Shown here in pieces: positions 16,311 through 25,656 of a DNA stretch of 32,000 nt; the first letter of the stretch is position 1; the number at the start of each line of letters is the position of its first letter. The stretch covers positions 60,001 to 92,000 of the forward strand of contig NZ_PQWO01000002.1 of assembly GCF_003231495.1 (NCBI RefSeq). The letters are read 5' to 3'. Under the pieces are notes generated by a model. The model was given only the letters and a program-made list of their open reading frames with translations. It was not told the DNA's origin and did not search any database. Both the position numbers and the translations under genes were made by a program. This DNA is from Acaryochloris thomasi RCC1774. Its GTDB lineage: Bacteria > Cyanobacteriota > Cyanobacteriia > Thermosynechococcales > Thermosynechococcaceae.

Positions 16311-16730
16311 ATGCCAAACAGCCGTATTTATCACCTTGCTCCTGTCTCTGAGCTGCAGTCTGGGCTAACCGAGGTTTCATACAAGCCCCAAAGATTTGCG
16401 CTAGATGGGTTTGTGCACTGCGCGGAGACGCCCGTTACGACTGTGGCAGTGGCAAACGACTACTTTGCAAGTCTCAAGGAGCCGCTGGCTGTTCTTGAGA
16501 TTGATCCGCTGCGGCTCACTGCTCCTCTAAAGTTTGAGGCTCCTGCGCCGCTGCCGGGTGGCGATGCACACTTGAAGATGGCTTCGCTTTTTCCCCATAT
16601 CTATGGCCCGATTGATGTGGGGGCCATTCAGTCAGCCGCTTTGCTTGTACGGATGAATAATCATTACGTGTGGCCTTCTGCCTTCCATTCTCTCCCTAAC
16701 TTTATGGAACAGCATGGGGCGACTGGATAG
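16311..16730 (+). CDS. DUF952-family protein
   Basis: 139 aa. 'IYHLAP...LDGFVHCAE...LAVLEIDPLRL...LKFEAP...LFPHIYGPID' matches the DUF952 pattern (xYHxxxxxxW/L...GFIHxS...FPHxYG). Confidence 0.7.
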   Translation: MPNSRIYHLAPVSELQSGLTEVSYKPQRFALDGFVHCAETPVTTVAVANDYFASLKEPLAVLEIDPLRLTAPLKFEAPAPLPGGDAHLKMASLFPHIYGPIDVGAIQSAALLVRMNNHYVWPSAFHSLPNFMEQHGATG

Positions 16731-16823
16731 AGTTGGTTTCAATTGCTCACGCCGGTCTTGCAAAAATACAAGCGTCCCAGTTACGGTAGTGACTATTCTT
16801 TGAAGTTTGCCATCTTGACTCCT

Positions 16824-18602
16824 ATGGATAAAGTCGCGTCTGTAGCTCCGTCCGAACGCTTTGTCCTGCGAGTTAAGCCCCTTGTGGAGTCTGTTTATGG
16901 GCCGCTGGGGATTGATGTTGATGGGGTTTGCGATCGCATCCAAACTCTCCTTGCCCCACACCTCAGCAACGCAGCGAGAGATCTCAATCCCATCGACCGC
17001 TGGAGTCAAGATGATGTCTTACTGATTACCTACGGCGACAGCATCCTCAGATCAGATCAGAAAGAATCTCCCCTTCGTACTCTGCATGACTTTTTGAGTA
17101 ACTATCTGCGCGACGTGCTCACGGGCGTACATATTCTTCCTTTCTTTCCCTACAGCTCAGACGATGGCTTTGCCGTGATTGATTATCTGCAGGTCAACCC
17201 TGAGTTGGGGGACTGGAAGGATGTCGGACGCATCGCTGAGCAGTTCGATCTGATGACTGATTTGGTCATGAATCACGTCTCCAGTCAGAGTCAGTGGTTC
17301 CAGCAATTTAAGCAGGGCCAGCCACCGGGCTGCGACTACTTTATCGCCATCGATCCAGAAACAGATGTGTCTGGAGTGGTGCGTCCTCGCAATACCGCTT
17401 TACTCTGCCCGGTGGAGACACCGGATGGCACTCAGCACGTTTGGGCTACCTTCGGCCACGACCAGATCGATCTGAACTTTGCTAACCCCGATGTGCTGCT
17501 AGAGTTCATTGGTATCATTCTGCATTACCTGAACACGGGGACTAAGCTGCTGCGCTTAGATGCGATTGGTTATCTCTGGAAAACCCTAGGCAGTCCCTGC
17601 ATTCATCTGCAGGAGACCCATACGCTGATTAAACTCATCCGGGAGATTGTGGCTCTGGTGAAGCCGGACGCAAGCTTGGTGACTGAAACTAATGTCCCCA
17701 ATCGCGAGAATCTGAGCTACTTTGGCAACCGCAACGAAGCCCACCTGATTTACAACTTTAGCCTGCCGCCATTGGTGGTCAATGCCTTGCTGCAGGAACG
17801 CTCTGATCACCTCAAAACCTGGATGATGAGTATGCCGCCCGCTCCTCTGGGCTGCGCCTACTTTAACTTCACGGCCTCCCATGACGGTATGGGAATGCGA
17901 CCCACAGAGGGGTTATTAGAGGCTGAAGAATATGAGACCTTTTTACGCTGTATGAAAGCGTTTGGCGGCGAGATTAGTATGCGTGCCCAGGCAGATGGCT
18001 CCGAAAGCCCCTATGAGGTCAATATCTCTTTATTTGATGCCATGAAAGGCACGGCCCAGGGAGAAGATGAGTGGCAGATCCCTCGCTTTCTCTGCTCTCA
18101 AACCATCATGATGTCTTTAGAGGGAATTCCGGCCTTTTATATCCATAGTTTGCTGGCGACCTCCAATGACCATGAAGCAGTACAGCGGACGGGACGGAAG
18201 CGATCCATTAATCGCCACCAATGGAATTATGATCACCTGCTGGCCCAGCTCCAGACACCAGACTCGGCTCAGTCCCTTGTGCTTCGCGATCTTTCTCGAT
18301 TGATTCAACTCCGACGTCAACAGCCCGCTTTTCACCCCAACGCGACCCAATATACGCTGCATTTACAGCCCGCATTGTTTGGCTTTTGGCGACAGAGTAT
18401 CGGTCGAGATCAGAGTATCTTTTCCATTCACAATTTGACGCCGAGACCCCAAGTCTTGAATCTCAGAGACATTAACCTCATCGGCATCGATCCTTGGTTT
18501 GATCTGATTAGCGATACCGTCATCCCAGAGGGAATGTATGAGTTCAGTCTGCCACCTTACCAATCAGCCTGGATTACCAATAAAGTGCAGGCCAAAGCAT
18601 AG
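16824..18602 (+). CDS. GH13_18 sugar phosphorylase (sucrose-phosphorylase family; substrate unassigned)
   Basis: 'DVLLITYGDSI', 'VHILPFFPYSSDDGFAVIDY', 'DLVMNHVS', 'LRLDAIGYLWK' (nucleophile Asp), 'TETNVP' (acid/base Glu) and 'FTASHDGMGMR'. ATG 16824 is preferred over the ORF-track TTG at 16743. Confidence 0.8.
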   Translation: MDKVASVAPSERFVLRVKPLVESVYGPLGIDVDGVCDRIQTLLAPHLSNAARDLNPIDRWSQDDVLLITYGDSILRSDQKESPLRTLHDFLSNYLRDVLTGVHILPFFPYSSDDGFAVIDYLQVNPELGDWKDVGRIAEQFDLMTDLVMNHVSSQSQWFQQFKQGQPPGCDYFIAIDPETDVSGVVRPRNTALLCPVETPDGTQHVWATFGHDQIDLNFANPDVLLEFIGIILHYLNTGTKLLRLDAIGYLWKTLGSPCIHLQETHTLIKLIREIVALVKPDASLVTETNVPNRENLSYFGNRNEAHLIYNFSLPPLVVNALLQERSDHLKTWMMSMPPAPLGCAYFNFTASHDGMGMRPTEGLLEAEEYETFLRCMKAFGGEISMRAQADGSESPYEVNISLFDAMKGTAQGEDEWQIPRFLCSQTIMMSLEGIPAFYIHSLLATSNDHEAVQRTGRKRSINRHQWNYDHLLAQLQTPDSAQSLVLRDLSRLIQLRRQQPAFHPNATQYTLHLQPALFGFWRQSIGRDQSIFSIHNLTPRPQVLNLRDINLIGIDPWFDLISDTVIPEGMYEFSLPPYQSAWITNKVQAKA

Positions 18603-18622
18603 ACTTCATGCATCAAAACGCA

Positions 18623-19633
18623 CTATGGGCTTTCGTCGGTTGTTGAAGTCTCGAAGTGCTGAAAGCCTTGACTGAGCGATAGCGTTCGAGGAGCTTCTAT
18701 GCCTCGCGGGTCAACGAACTGCACATCGCTACCCCTGACAATCTGGCCAATGATTTGAGCGCTGTCTCCGAGGGAATTCACCATCGCTTCTGCAGCGTTT
18801 GCAGGCAAACAGAGCACCAGTTCAAAATCTTCACCACCGTAGAGGGCCCAGTCAAGCGCTTGTTCTGGGGCTATCGTTTGTAAACAAGTCGGAATGGGGA
18901 TACGGTCTAGAATGGCTCCGACGCCGCTAGCCCGACAGATCTGTAAAATTGCATCCGCTAGTCCATCACTGCTGTCCATTCCTGTGACGCACAGCTCAGG
19001 GTAATGCTGTCGCAGTAGCGGTGACACGTCCAGTCGGGGCTGAGGTCTTTGATGAATGCGACACAGTGCGGTTCGTTCTGCCTCGCTGAGTGACTGGCCC
19101 CACTCAGGTTTAAGTAAAATTTCTAGACCTGCTCGAGAGCCACCGTGTGCCCCTGTGACTAAAATCGCGTCTCCGAGTTGAGCCGTTGTGCGGCGGATTT
19201 GTTGCTGGGGGCTGACTTGCCCCAGCGCGGTCATACTCAGCGTTAGGCAATCACTACGGCAAATATCGCCGCCAATGATTGTGGTGCCGTAATGCTGTAG
19301 ACAGTCGCGAATGCCCTGATAAATCTGTTCGAGCTGGGCAACCAACAGGGCGGGCGGTAGCCCTAGGCTGACCGTTAATCCTAGAGGCGTTGCTCCCATG
19401 GCGGCGAGGTCAGAGAGATTGGCCGCAGCCGTACGCCAGCCGATATCGAAGGGAGATGTGGTGCGATCGCTAAAATGCACCCCATCGACTAGCATGTCTG
19501 TCGAGATAACCAGCAAAAAACCTGGCTGTGGTTCTAGAACGGCTGCGTCGTCGCCCAGCTTGTCGCGAGAGCAATAGGGTTGCAGTCGCTGCAGAATAGC
19601 CTGCTCCCCTAACTCAGCAACCGTTTCTGACAT
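18623..19633 (-). CDS. thiL: Thiamine-monophosphate kinase
   Basis: 336 aa. 'LGDDAAVL', 'STDMLVDGVHF' and 'AAANLSDLAAMGATP' indicate the AIR-synthase-related fold typical of ThiL. Confidence 0.85.
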   Translation of the reverse strand: MSETVAELGEQAILQRLQPYCSRDKLGDDAAVLEPQPGFLLVISTDMLVDGVHFSDRTTSPFDIGWRTAAANLSDLAAMGATPLGLTVSLGLPPALLVAQLEQIYQGIRDCLQHYGTTIIGGDICRSDCLTLSMTALGQVSPQQQIRRTTAQLGDAILVTGAHGGSRAGLEILLKPEWGQSLSEAERTALCRIHQRPQPRLDVSPLLRQHYPELCVTGMDSSDGLADAILQICRASGVGAILDRIPIPTCLQTIAPEQALDWALYGGEDFELVLCLPANAAEAMVNSLGDSAQIIGQIVRGSDVQFVDPRGIEAPRTLSLSQGFQHFETSTTDESP

Positions 19634-19639
19634 CCTGAG

Positions 19640-20722
19640 CTAGACCAAGTTCTCTAAACCTTCTACGACTTTTGCTGACTTAATCTTGTCACCTTTCGTC
19701 AGCTCTCCTAGGACCTCTTGACCTTCAACGACATAGCCAAACACAGCATAGCGACCATCCAGCAGATTGGCTCCTGCGGGGGTTAGATCAGCTTCAAACG
19801 GCAAGAAGAAAAACTGAGAAGAAGCACTATTGGCGTCATCAGGAGACGTTGCCATGGCCATCGTTCCATAGGCGGAGAAAGGCAAGGCGGGTTTGGCAGG
19901 GTAGAGACCCAGCTCTTCCGTCGTAAACCCATAGATGGGTTCAGAGTCGCCTTCGATTAAAACTTCTAGGGGAATCGTGCGATCTTTGAAGCCCTGCTCT
20001 GGGCCTTCTGGATCACCTGTTTGAATGACGTAAGAAGAATCTGTGCGCGTAAACGGCAAGCCGTCATAGAAGCCGCGCTTGACGAGATCGACAAAATTTC
20101 CTGCTGTGACCGGAGCGCTGTAGCCATCTACAATCGCGGTCATTGGTCCCTTTGTGGTGTCAATGACCACCGTTGCTCGACCTTTAAGCTGCGGTAGGTT
20201 ACTGTACTCTGCTGGCACCTCGAAGGGGTACCCCTGCACCATCATTTCTTCTAAATCGCCTACGTTCCTAAGCACAGGTGCTCTCGCATCTTTGAAGGGC
20301 TGCGGATCCTGCTGTGCAGCTAGCGTTTTAAGTTCGCTGATCCCAGTCCCAATCTGCTCGATCAGGGCCTCGGCTTTATCTCGATCTGCCGCAGGTACAT
20401 CATCGATAATGCCTGCCTTCCTCACTGCCAAAGAAGAAGAAGCTTTGTCGAGATCCTTCGAGATCTCTGTCCAGCGTTTGCCCCGCAGTTGCGGTGACGT
20501 TCCCTCTAGATAGAGCTGCACTTTGCGAATATCTTCATTCTCAAGGGGCAAAGAAAGCCGCAGCAAAGCTCTTGGATCGTTGACTGCATTACCGGGGGGC
20601 AAAGCAGCGGTTGCGGGTGGAGAAACGGTGGCCCATAGGCTAAAGGACAGCATCAGACCCAACGCAAATGTGAGGGCTTGTCTGAACCGTTGATGAAGCA
20701 TATGCATGATTTGAGGTGTCAC
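19640..20722 (-). CDS. Cyclophilin-type peptidyl-prolyl isomerase with N-terminal helical domain (CYP38/TLP40-like, lumenal or periplasmic)
   Basis: A signal peptide ('LMLSFSLWATVSPPATA') and a ~170-aa helical region precede the cyclophilin core ('TAGNFVDLVKRGFYDGLPFTR', 'SQFFFL', 'AVFGYVVEG'). The ORF-track start at 20722 is GTG; ATG 20707 is an alternative. Confidence 0.8.
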   Translation of the reverse strand: MTPQIMHMLHQRFRQALTFALGLMLSFSLWATVSPPATAALPPGNAVNDPRALLRLSLPLENEDIRKVQLYLEGTSPQLRGKRWTEISKDLDKASSSLAVRKAGIIDDVPAADRDKAEALIEQIGTGISELKTLAAQQDPQPFKDARAPVLRNVGDLEEMMVQGYPFEVPAEYSNLPQLKGRATVVIDTTKGPMTAIVDGYSAPVTAGNFVDLVKRGFYDGLPFTRTDSSYVIQTGDPEGPEQGFKDRTIPLEVLIEGDSEPIYGFTTEELGLYPAKPALPFSAYGTMAMATSPDDANSASSQFFFLPFEADLTPAGANLLDGRYAVFGYVVEGQEVLGELTKGDKIKSAKVVEGLENLV

Positions 20723-20830
20723 AGAACGTCCAGCTAGAGCTTTGCCTCACGCGAGAACAATGATCGACCACCGCCGATCCCCTAACTCCTTTGCTAATCT
20801 TGACAGATTAGCTGCGCGGTTGAGACAGAA

Positions 20831-21766
20831 CTATAAAACTATTTTTTCAGCAGTGGCATCCGCTGTCGAGATCTCTGGGGTCGTTTCTGGCCCGTCGGCA
20901 AAAATCACTTGGTCAACCCAAGGACGTCTGCCTAACCATTGTTTTGATAGGTCGGCAAATTGTTTCGGGCAGCCGCTCACAAAAAATCTGGGGCGCTGGG
21001 GACGACGACTGGTATGTAGCTGTAAAATGCTCAATTCTTGGGCCGTGGCGGCGGCCATCCGGACGGCTGGATTAACGATATGAACAGACTTTGGCAGCAG
21101 TTCTTCGATGACAGGGGCAAGGTGAGGATAGTGGGTACAGCCGTATACAAGGGTATCAATCTGGGCCTCTAGCAAAGGCTGTAAGCGCTGCCGCACAATC
21201 TCAAGAGTGGCGGGTTCATGAATCAGGTTGCCTTCGATGAGAGGGACAAATTCAGGGCAGGCCACTTGAAAAACTTCTGCCTGGGGATTTTTTTCTAAAA
21301 TAGCGCGTTGGTAGCTGTCGCTGGCAACGGTTGCGGGTGTGGCAATGACACCGATACGCTTTCCCTGGACCGCCGCTGCTCGGGCGCCGGGGAGAATAAT
21401 CCCGAGAATCGGAATGCTGAATTCAGAGCGAACTGCGTCTAGGGCTAGGGCTGAACTGGTATTGCAGGCCATGATTGCCATTTTGACTGGGTACTGCGTC
21501 ATCCAGTCTAGGATTTGTCGGGAGTAGCCGAGGATATTGGCCTGTGGCTGTGTGCCGTAGGGAACGTTGGCGGTGTCGCCAAAGTAGAGAAAAGATTCGC
21601 GGGGCAGTTGGGCCTGAAGTTCTTTAAGGACTGTTAGTCCACCTGAGCCACTGTCAAAAACGCCGATGGGCAACTGCTGGCGTGATTTACGCCCTCGATG
21701 AGGCTGGCTCAACCCTTCAGATACACGGGTCGAGCGGCCATCCTTAGATAAAAACGCCACGGGCAA
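20831..21766 (-). CDS. murI: Glutamate racemase
   Basis: 'IGVFDSGSGGLTVLKEL', 'MACNTSSA' and 'VYGCTHYPHL'. The ORF-track start is TTG with a ~30-aa N-terminal extension, so the true start is uncertain. Confidence 0.85.
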   Translation of the reverse strand: MPVAFLSKDGRSTRVSEGLSQPHRGRKSRQQLPIGVFDSGSGGLTVLKELQAQLPRESFLYFGDTANVPYGTQPQANILGYSRQILDWMTQYPVKMAIMACNTSSALALDAVRSEFSIPILGIILPGARAAAVQGKRIGVIATPATVASDSYQRAILEKNPQAEVFQVACPEFVPLIEGNLIHEPATLEIVRQRLQPLLEAQIDTLVYGCTHYPHLAPVIEELLPKSVHIVNPAVRMAAATAQELSILQLHTSRRPQRPRFFVSGCPKQFADLSKQWLGRRPWVDQVIFADGPETTPEISTADATAEKIVL

Positions 21767-22085
21767 CTTTCCTCACACACCAGAACTTTGTCTCCTCAGT
21801 ACGTATTATTACTCATTGAGCGCCAAAAACGTACTCCAAGCACCAAAAAGCTTGACTTTTCGGTCTGTCTAGAACCTATGTTTTACAGCATAGATATTGA
21901 TGAATCTTCAGGCTGTGATTTTGGCCGGAGGGTCCGGTGATTTAAATCATTTGCCTTGCAAAATAATCCTGACCATAGACCTGCCCGTAGCGGTTGCATG
22001 GAGTAGGTTGCGGCCTGTGATTGGCCTTGAGCATAGCCGACTCAATCCCAAGCTGCAACCCCTAATTTTGAGTTTTAATCTTTGG

Positions 22086-24104
22086 TTAAGCAGCGGGGGC
22101 TGTTTCAACCTGAGTAAGGACTCGTTCTGCGACTTTATCGGGGACGATTTCTAGATGATCATCTTGCCAGTTGAAGAAGCCGACGCCTTGGGTTTGCGAT
22201 CGCAACTCAATAATCAAAGTCTGCATTTCCGCCATCGGTAGATAGGCCGAAATCTCATCCCAGCCGCTCCAGTCTTTCTTGGGTTCATAGCCCAGAATCT
22301 GACCGCGATGATGAGTGATCACGCCCAGTACCTTAGACGTCAAACTTGCCGGGGTCGAGAGCGTTACCCGCTCAATCGGCTCCAGCAAGACCGGATCGCA
22401 GTTCGCTAGCCCTGACTGCATGGCAATCCGAGCCGCCTGCTTAAAGGCCTGCTCTGAACTATCGACGGAGTGGTAGGCTCCATCGGTGAGGGTGACCGAC
22501 ACGTCTACGACTGGGAAGCCTAGCGTTCCTTGCCGCAGGAACTCCCGCACGCCGGTCTCGACGCCAGGAATGTACTGCCGAGGCACAGAGCCGCCCACAA
22601 TCTTTTCCTGAAACCGGAAGCCCTCACCCCGAGACTGGGGCTGGATGTCAAGGTGAACGTCGCCAAACTGTCCGTGGCCCCCGGTCTGGTGCTTGTAGCG
22701 ACCGTGGCTGTGGGCGGCTTTGCGAATGCTCTCTTTATAGGGGACGTGGGGGGTGTTGGTGCTAACGGGCAGGTTGAACTTGCGGCCCAGGCGATCCTTG
22801 GCAATCTGAAGATGGATGTCTCCCTGGCCCCAAAGGATCATTTCGTGGGTGGCGTCCCGATGCTCCCAAGAAAGGCCGGGGTCTTCTTGGATCAACTTTG
22901 CGATCGCACCGCTTAGCTTCACCTCATCCTTCCGGTTCTCCGGCTTAATTGCCAAAGAGAACACTGGCTCTAATGGATTGGCCTTCGGCAGCGACAGCGC
23001 CTTACCCGCCACTGTCAGCGTATCGCCGGTCTTAATGGGTTCCATCCGGCTGAGAACCACAATCTCGCCCGCCTCAGCCTGAAGCGTGCTTTTTTGCTGC
23101 TGACCTGTCAAGTGATAGATGCCACCAATCCGCGCCTCATTGAGTGTCATCCCGTCGTTGAGCTGTCCCTGCCAGATCCGCACCAGCGATAGCTTCCCAC
23201 CTTGAGAGGACAGGAATGTCTTCAAGACCTGCGCCACAGGGCGCTCTGCTTCTGCATGGAGGCCACGACGGGCTGCGGTCTCACTTGAATCGGGGGCTTC
23301 TTTGACGAGGGCATCTAAGAGCGGTCGAACTCCGAACTCCTTGTCCGCTTCGCCGATGAACACCGGCACAATTTGGTCTGCCCCTAGCTCTGCTTTAAAG
23401 TCCTGCAGCACTTCTTCCTGGGGTGGCTCTACATCTTCTAGAAGCTCTTCTAGTAAATGATCGTCGAAGTCAGCCAGCGTCTCTAGCATGGCTGCATGGG
23501 CCGCTTGCTCCTGCGCCTTCAGCTCTGCCGGGAACGGAATCGGATCGGCGGCGGCATCAGGATGGTACTGGTAGGCTTGCTCACTGACGAGATCGATAAA
23601 GCCCGTGAGCGTTTCGCCATTGCCGATTGGATACTGGTGCATCACCAGCGGTCGACCGGAGACTTGCTTGAGCGCCGCTAATACCTCATTGAACTCAGTG
23701 TGGGACCGGTCCATTTTGTTGATGAATACTAGGTGCGGAATTTCCCATTCATCTAGCGTTTGAAATAGGGGGGCCAGGGTTAAAACGCGATCGGGTTCGG
23801 GTTCGCAAACCACCACGGCGGCGTCCACGCCTACCAAGACGTTCAACGTCTCCTGGAGTAGCTCCACAGAACCGGGACAGTCTAAAAAGTTAAAAGAAAG
23901 GCCGCCATGCTCAAGGCTGGCAGCCGTTACTTCTGTACTCATCTGGCGGTCGCGGGCTTCTGCCGCAGCATCACCCACCGTATTTTTGTCTGAGATGGAT
24001 CCTTTACGGGTAATCACTCCACTAACGTAGAGTAGACTTTCCAACAGGGTAGTTTTACCACTAGAGTAAGGACCCACAATCGCAATATTGCGGAAAGTGG
24101 TCAT
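22086..24104 (-). CDS. EF-G paralogue (elongation factor G-like GTPase) with a non-canonical G3 motif
   Basis: 672 aa with five-domain EF-G length and layout. G1 is 'GPYSSGKTT', G3 is 'DCPGSVEL' and G4 is 'NKMD'. Domain IV/V-like motifs include 'HSVDSSEQAFKQAA'. Confidence 0.85.
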   Translation of the reverse strand: MTTFRNIAIVGPYSSGKTTLLESLLYVSGVITRKGSISDKNTVGDAAAEARDRQMSTEVTAASLEHGGLSFNFLDCPGSVELLQETLNVLVGVDAAVVVCEPEPDRVLTLAPLFQTLDEWEIPHLVFINKMDRSHTEFNEVLAALKQVSGRPLVMHQYPIGNGETLTGFIDLVSEQAYQYHPDAAADPIPFPAELKAQEQAAHAAMLETLADFDDHLLEELLEDVEPPQEEVLQDFKAELGADQIVPVFIGEADKEFGVRPLLDALVKEAPDSSETAARRGLHAEAERPVAQVLKTFLSSQGGKLSLVRIWQGQLNDGMTLNEARIGGIYHLTGQQQKSTLQAEAGEIVVLSRMEPIKTGDTLTVAGKALSLPKANPLEPVFSLAIKPENRKDEVKLSGAIAKLIQEDPGLSWEHRDATHEMILWGQGDIHLQIAKDRLGRKFNLPVSTNTPHVPYKESIRKAAHSHGRYKHQTGGHGQFGDVHLDIQPQSRGEGFRFQEKIVGGSVPRQYIPGVETGVREFLRQGTLGFPVVDVSVTLTDGAYHSVDSSEQAFKQAARIAMQSGLANCDPVLLEPIERVTLSTPASLTSKVLGVITHHRGQILGYEPKKDWSGWDEISAYLPMAEMQTLIIELRSQTQGVGFFNWQDDHLEIVPDKVAERVLTQVETAPAA

Positions 24105-24352
24105 AATTGCCTCGCTGATGGACTATAGATAACCGTCCTGACATCGTATTCAGCGGAAAATCTGCCAAACTTGAAACTAGAACGGCAAGATTTAAGTCTT
24201 TATGGGGAGAGACTTAATTTAGATGTACTTCTGGTGTAACCCAAACTTGGGGAATTCTAGTCAAAGGTGCCTTTTGTTTTAAGGACGGGTTAAAAACCAT
24301 GAAGTATGTTGCTTTTTTATGACTATCTGCGGTTGAGATATAGGAGACATTT

Positions 24353-25435
24353 GTGCGTTACTCTCGGGTCGTTTTAATGGGGCTATGTTTGGCTTTGAGC
24401 GGTGGTATAGTGCTGCCGCTCTCCGCGCCCGTTCAGGCTCAAAGTCAGGCCAACAGTGAACGGCTGTTCAAGCTCTTTCAAGAGGGAAAAAAGCTTGTCG
24501 AGCAGAAAGATTTGCCGGCTGCGCTGACGAAATATCAGCAAGCGGCTCAGCTCGATTCTAAAAACGCCCGGATTTTTTCTGCGATTGGCTATATCCAGGC
24601 AAAGCTGGGTGAATATGATGAGGCTGCAAAGGCCTATCGTCAGGCCATTGCGATTGATGGCAAAGACGCCAATTTTCATTACGCTCTGGGCTATAGCCTC
24701 GGCAACACGGGTGACAACGAAGGGGCTGCCGAGGCCTATCGTCAGGCTGTGCAGCTCAACCCTAAAAACCTGAAGGCGCTGGAGGGACTCGGCGTGATTC
24801 AGAGCCGCCAAAAAGACTTTGAGGGGGCCGTTGAAACCTTTAATAAAATTGTTGCGATCGCACCTAAAGACTGGCAAGCCCACGATGCTAAAGGTCGGAT
24901 TCTGCTGCAGCAGGACCAGCTGCCGGAAGCGATTGCCGCCTTTCAAGAAGCATCGAAGCTTTCACCCAATACGGGCGATATTCAGATCAACATAGCGATG
25001 GCCTACCTGCGACAGGGTAAGGTCACTGAAGGCTTAGCAGCCCTTGAATCAGCGGCGAGTCTTGACCCGCGTAACAGTCGCGTTCACTACCGCATCGGGC
25101 AGTTACTCAGCCAGCAGAGCCAGCTTGATGAGGCGATGGCCTCCTATCGAAAAGCCCTGCAGTTTGAGCCTCGATATGCTGATGCTCTCATTGGGCAGGG
25201 AGATATTGAACGATCTCGTGGCAATGATCTGGCCGCAGTGGTGGCCTATCGTCAAGCTATTAATGCTGATTCCCAAAAGCCCGAAGCACACTACAGTCTT
25301 GGGTTAGCTTTAATCGAACGGGATCGCAAAGAAGAGGCCATCAAAGCGCTCAAAATGGCCCGTCAGCTTTATCAAAAGCAGGGCAATCGCGATGCGATTG
25401 AAAAAACTGATGAAGCACTAGAGCAGCTGGAGTAA
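24353..25435 (+). CDS. Secreted TPR-repeat protein
   Basis: The signal peptide is 'MGLCLALSGGIVLPLSAPVQAQS'. About 8 TPR units of 34 aa follow ('A...Y..A..LDP.NA.....G'). The start is GTG 24353 or ATG 24377. Confidence 0.8.
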   Translation: MRYSRVVLMGLCLALSGGIVLPLSAPVQAQSQANSERLFKLFQEGKKLVEQKDLPAALTKYQQAAQLDSKNARIFSAIGYIQAKLGEYDEAAKAYRQAIAIDGKDANFHYALGYSLGNTGDNEGAAEAYRQAVQLNPKNLKALEGLGVIQSRQKDFEGAVETFNKIVAIAPKDWQAHDAKGRILLQQDQLPEAIAAFQEASKLSPNTGDIQINIAMAYLRQGKVTEGLAALESAASLDPRNSRVHYRIGQLLSQQSQLDEAMASYRKALQFEPRYADALIGQGDIERSRGNDLAAVVAYRQAINADSQKPEAHYSLGLALIERDRKEEAIKALKMARQLYQKQGNRDAIEKTDEALEQLE

Positions 25436-25656
25436 GTTGATTTATCTCGCTTCTGCAACTTGTTGGAGCTTTTGCGCCTCTGAATGAATATTTATTAGAA
25501 AATCCTGACTTACAGATTCTCGGCTGTGCGGTCATGCTCTTGCTGTTTAACGAGGTTGTTCTCGAGATCTGTTCTGGGGCCGAATTATTTAACTGCAGCC
25601 AACCATTATAAATGTGGTATGAGTTGTGAGCGTTGACCAATTATTATGGGTGTTCC

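Noticed and set aside
21767-22085. 319-bp spacer between the EF-G-like gene end and the murI start, checked for a tRNA, riboswitch or terminator (short hairpin CCGGA-GGG-TCCGG, TTGAG-N9-CTCAA).
   Set aside because: There is no cloverleaf, no T-loop consensus (GGTTCGAATCC-like), and no known riboswitch core. The stems are only 5 bp and lack a U-tract. The evidence is insufficient to call an RNA feature.
24383-24946. 187-aa ORF on the minus strand. Other long antisense ORFs are similar: 26155-26847, 31447-31944, 15222-15653, 22530-22916, 10429-10824, 29009-29413, 6019-6327, 2244-2522.
   Set aside because: Each lies entirely inside, and antisense to, a gene with strong family motifs (TPR, malQ, sugar-binding protein, DUF3352-like, EF-G-like, cry-DASH, helicase, NurA, ROCO). 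Their products are low-complexity or Arg/Ser/Pro-rich, with no recognisable motifs. These are typical shadow ORFs in >50% GC DNA.
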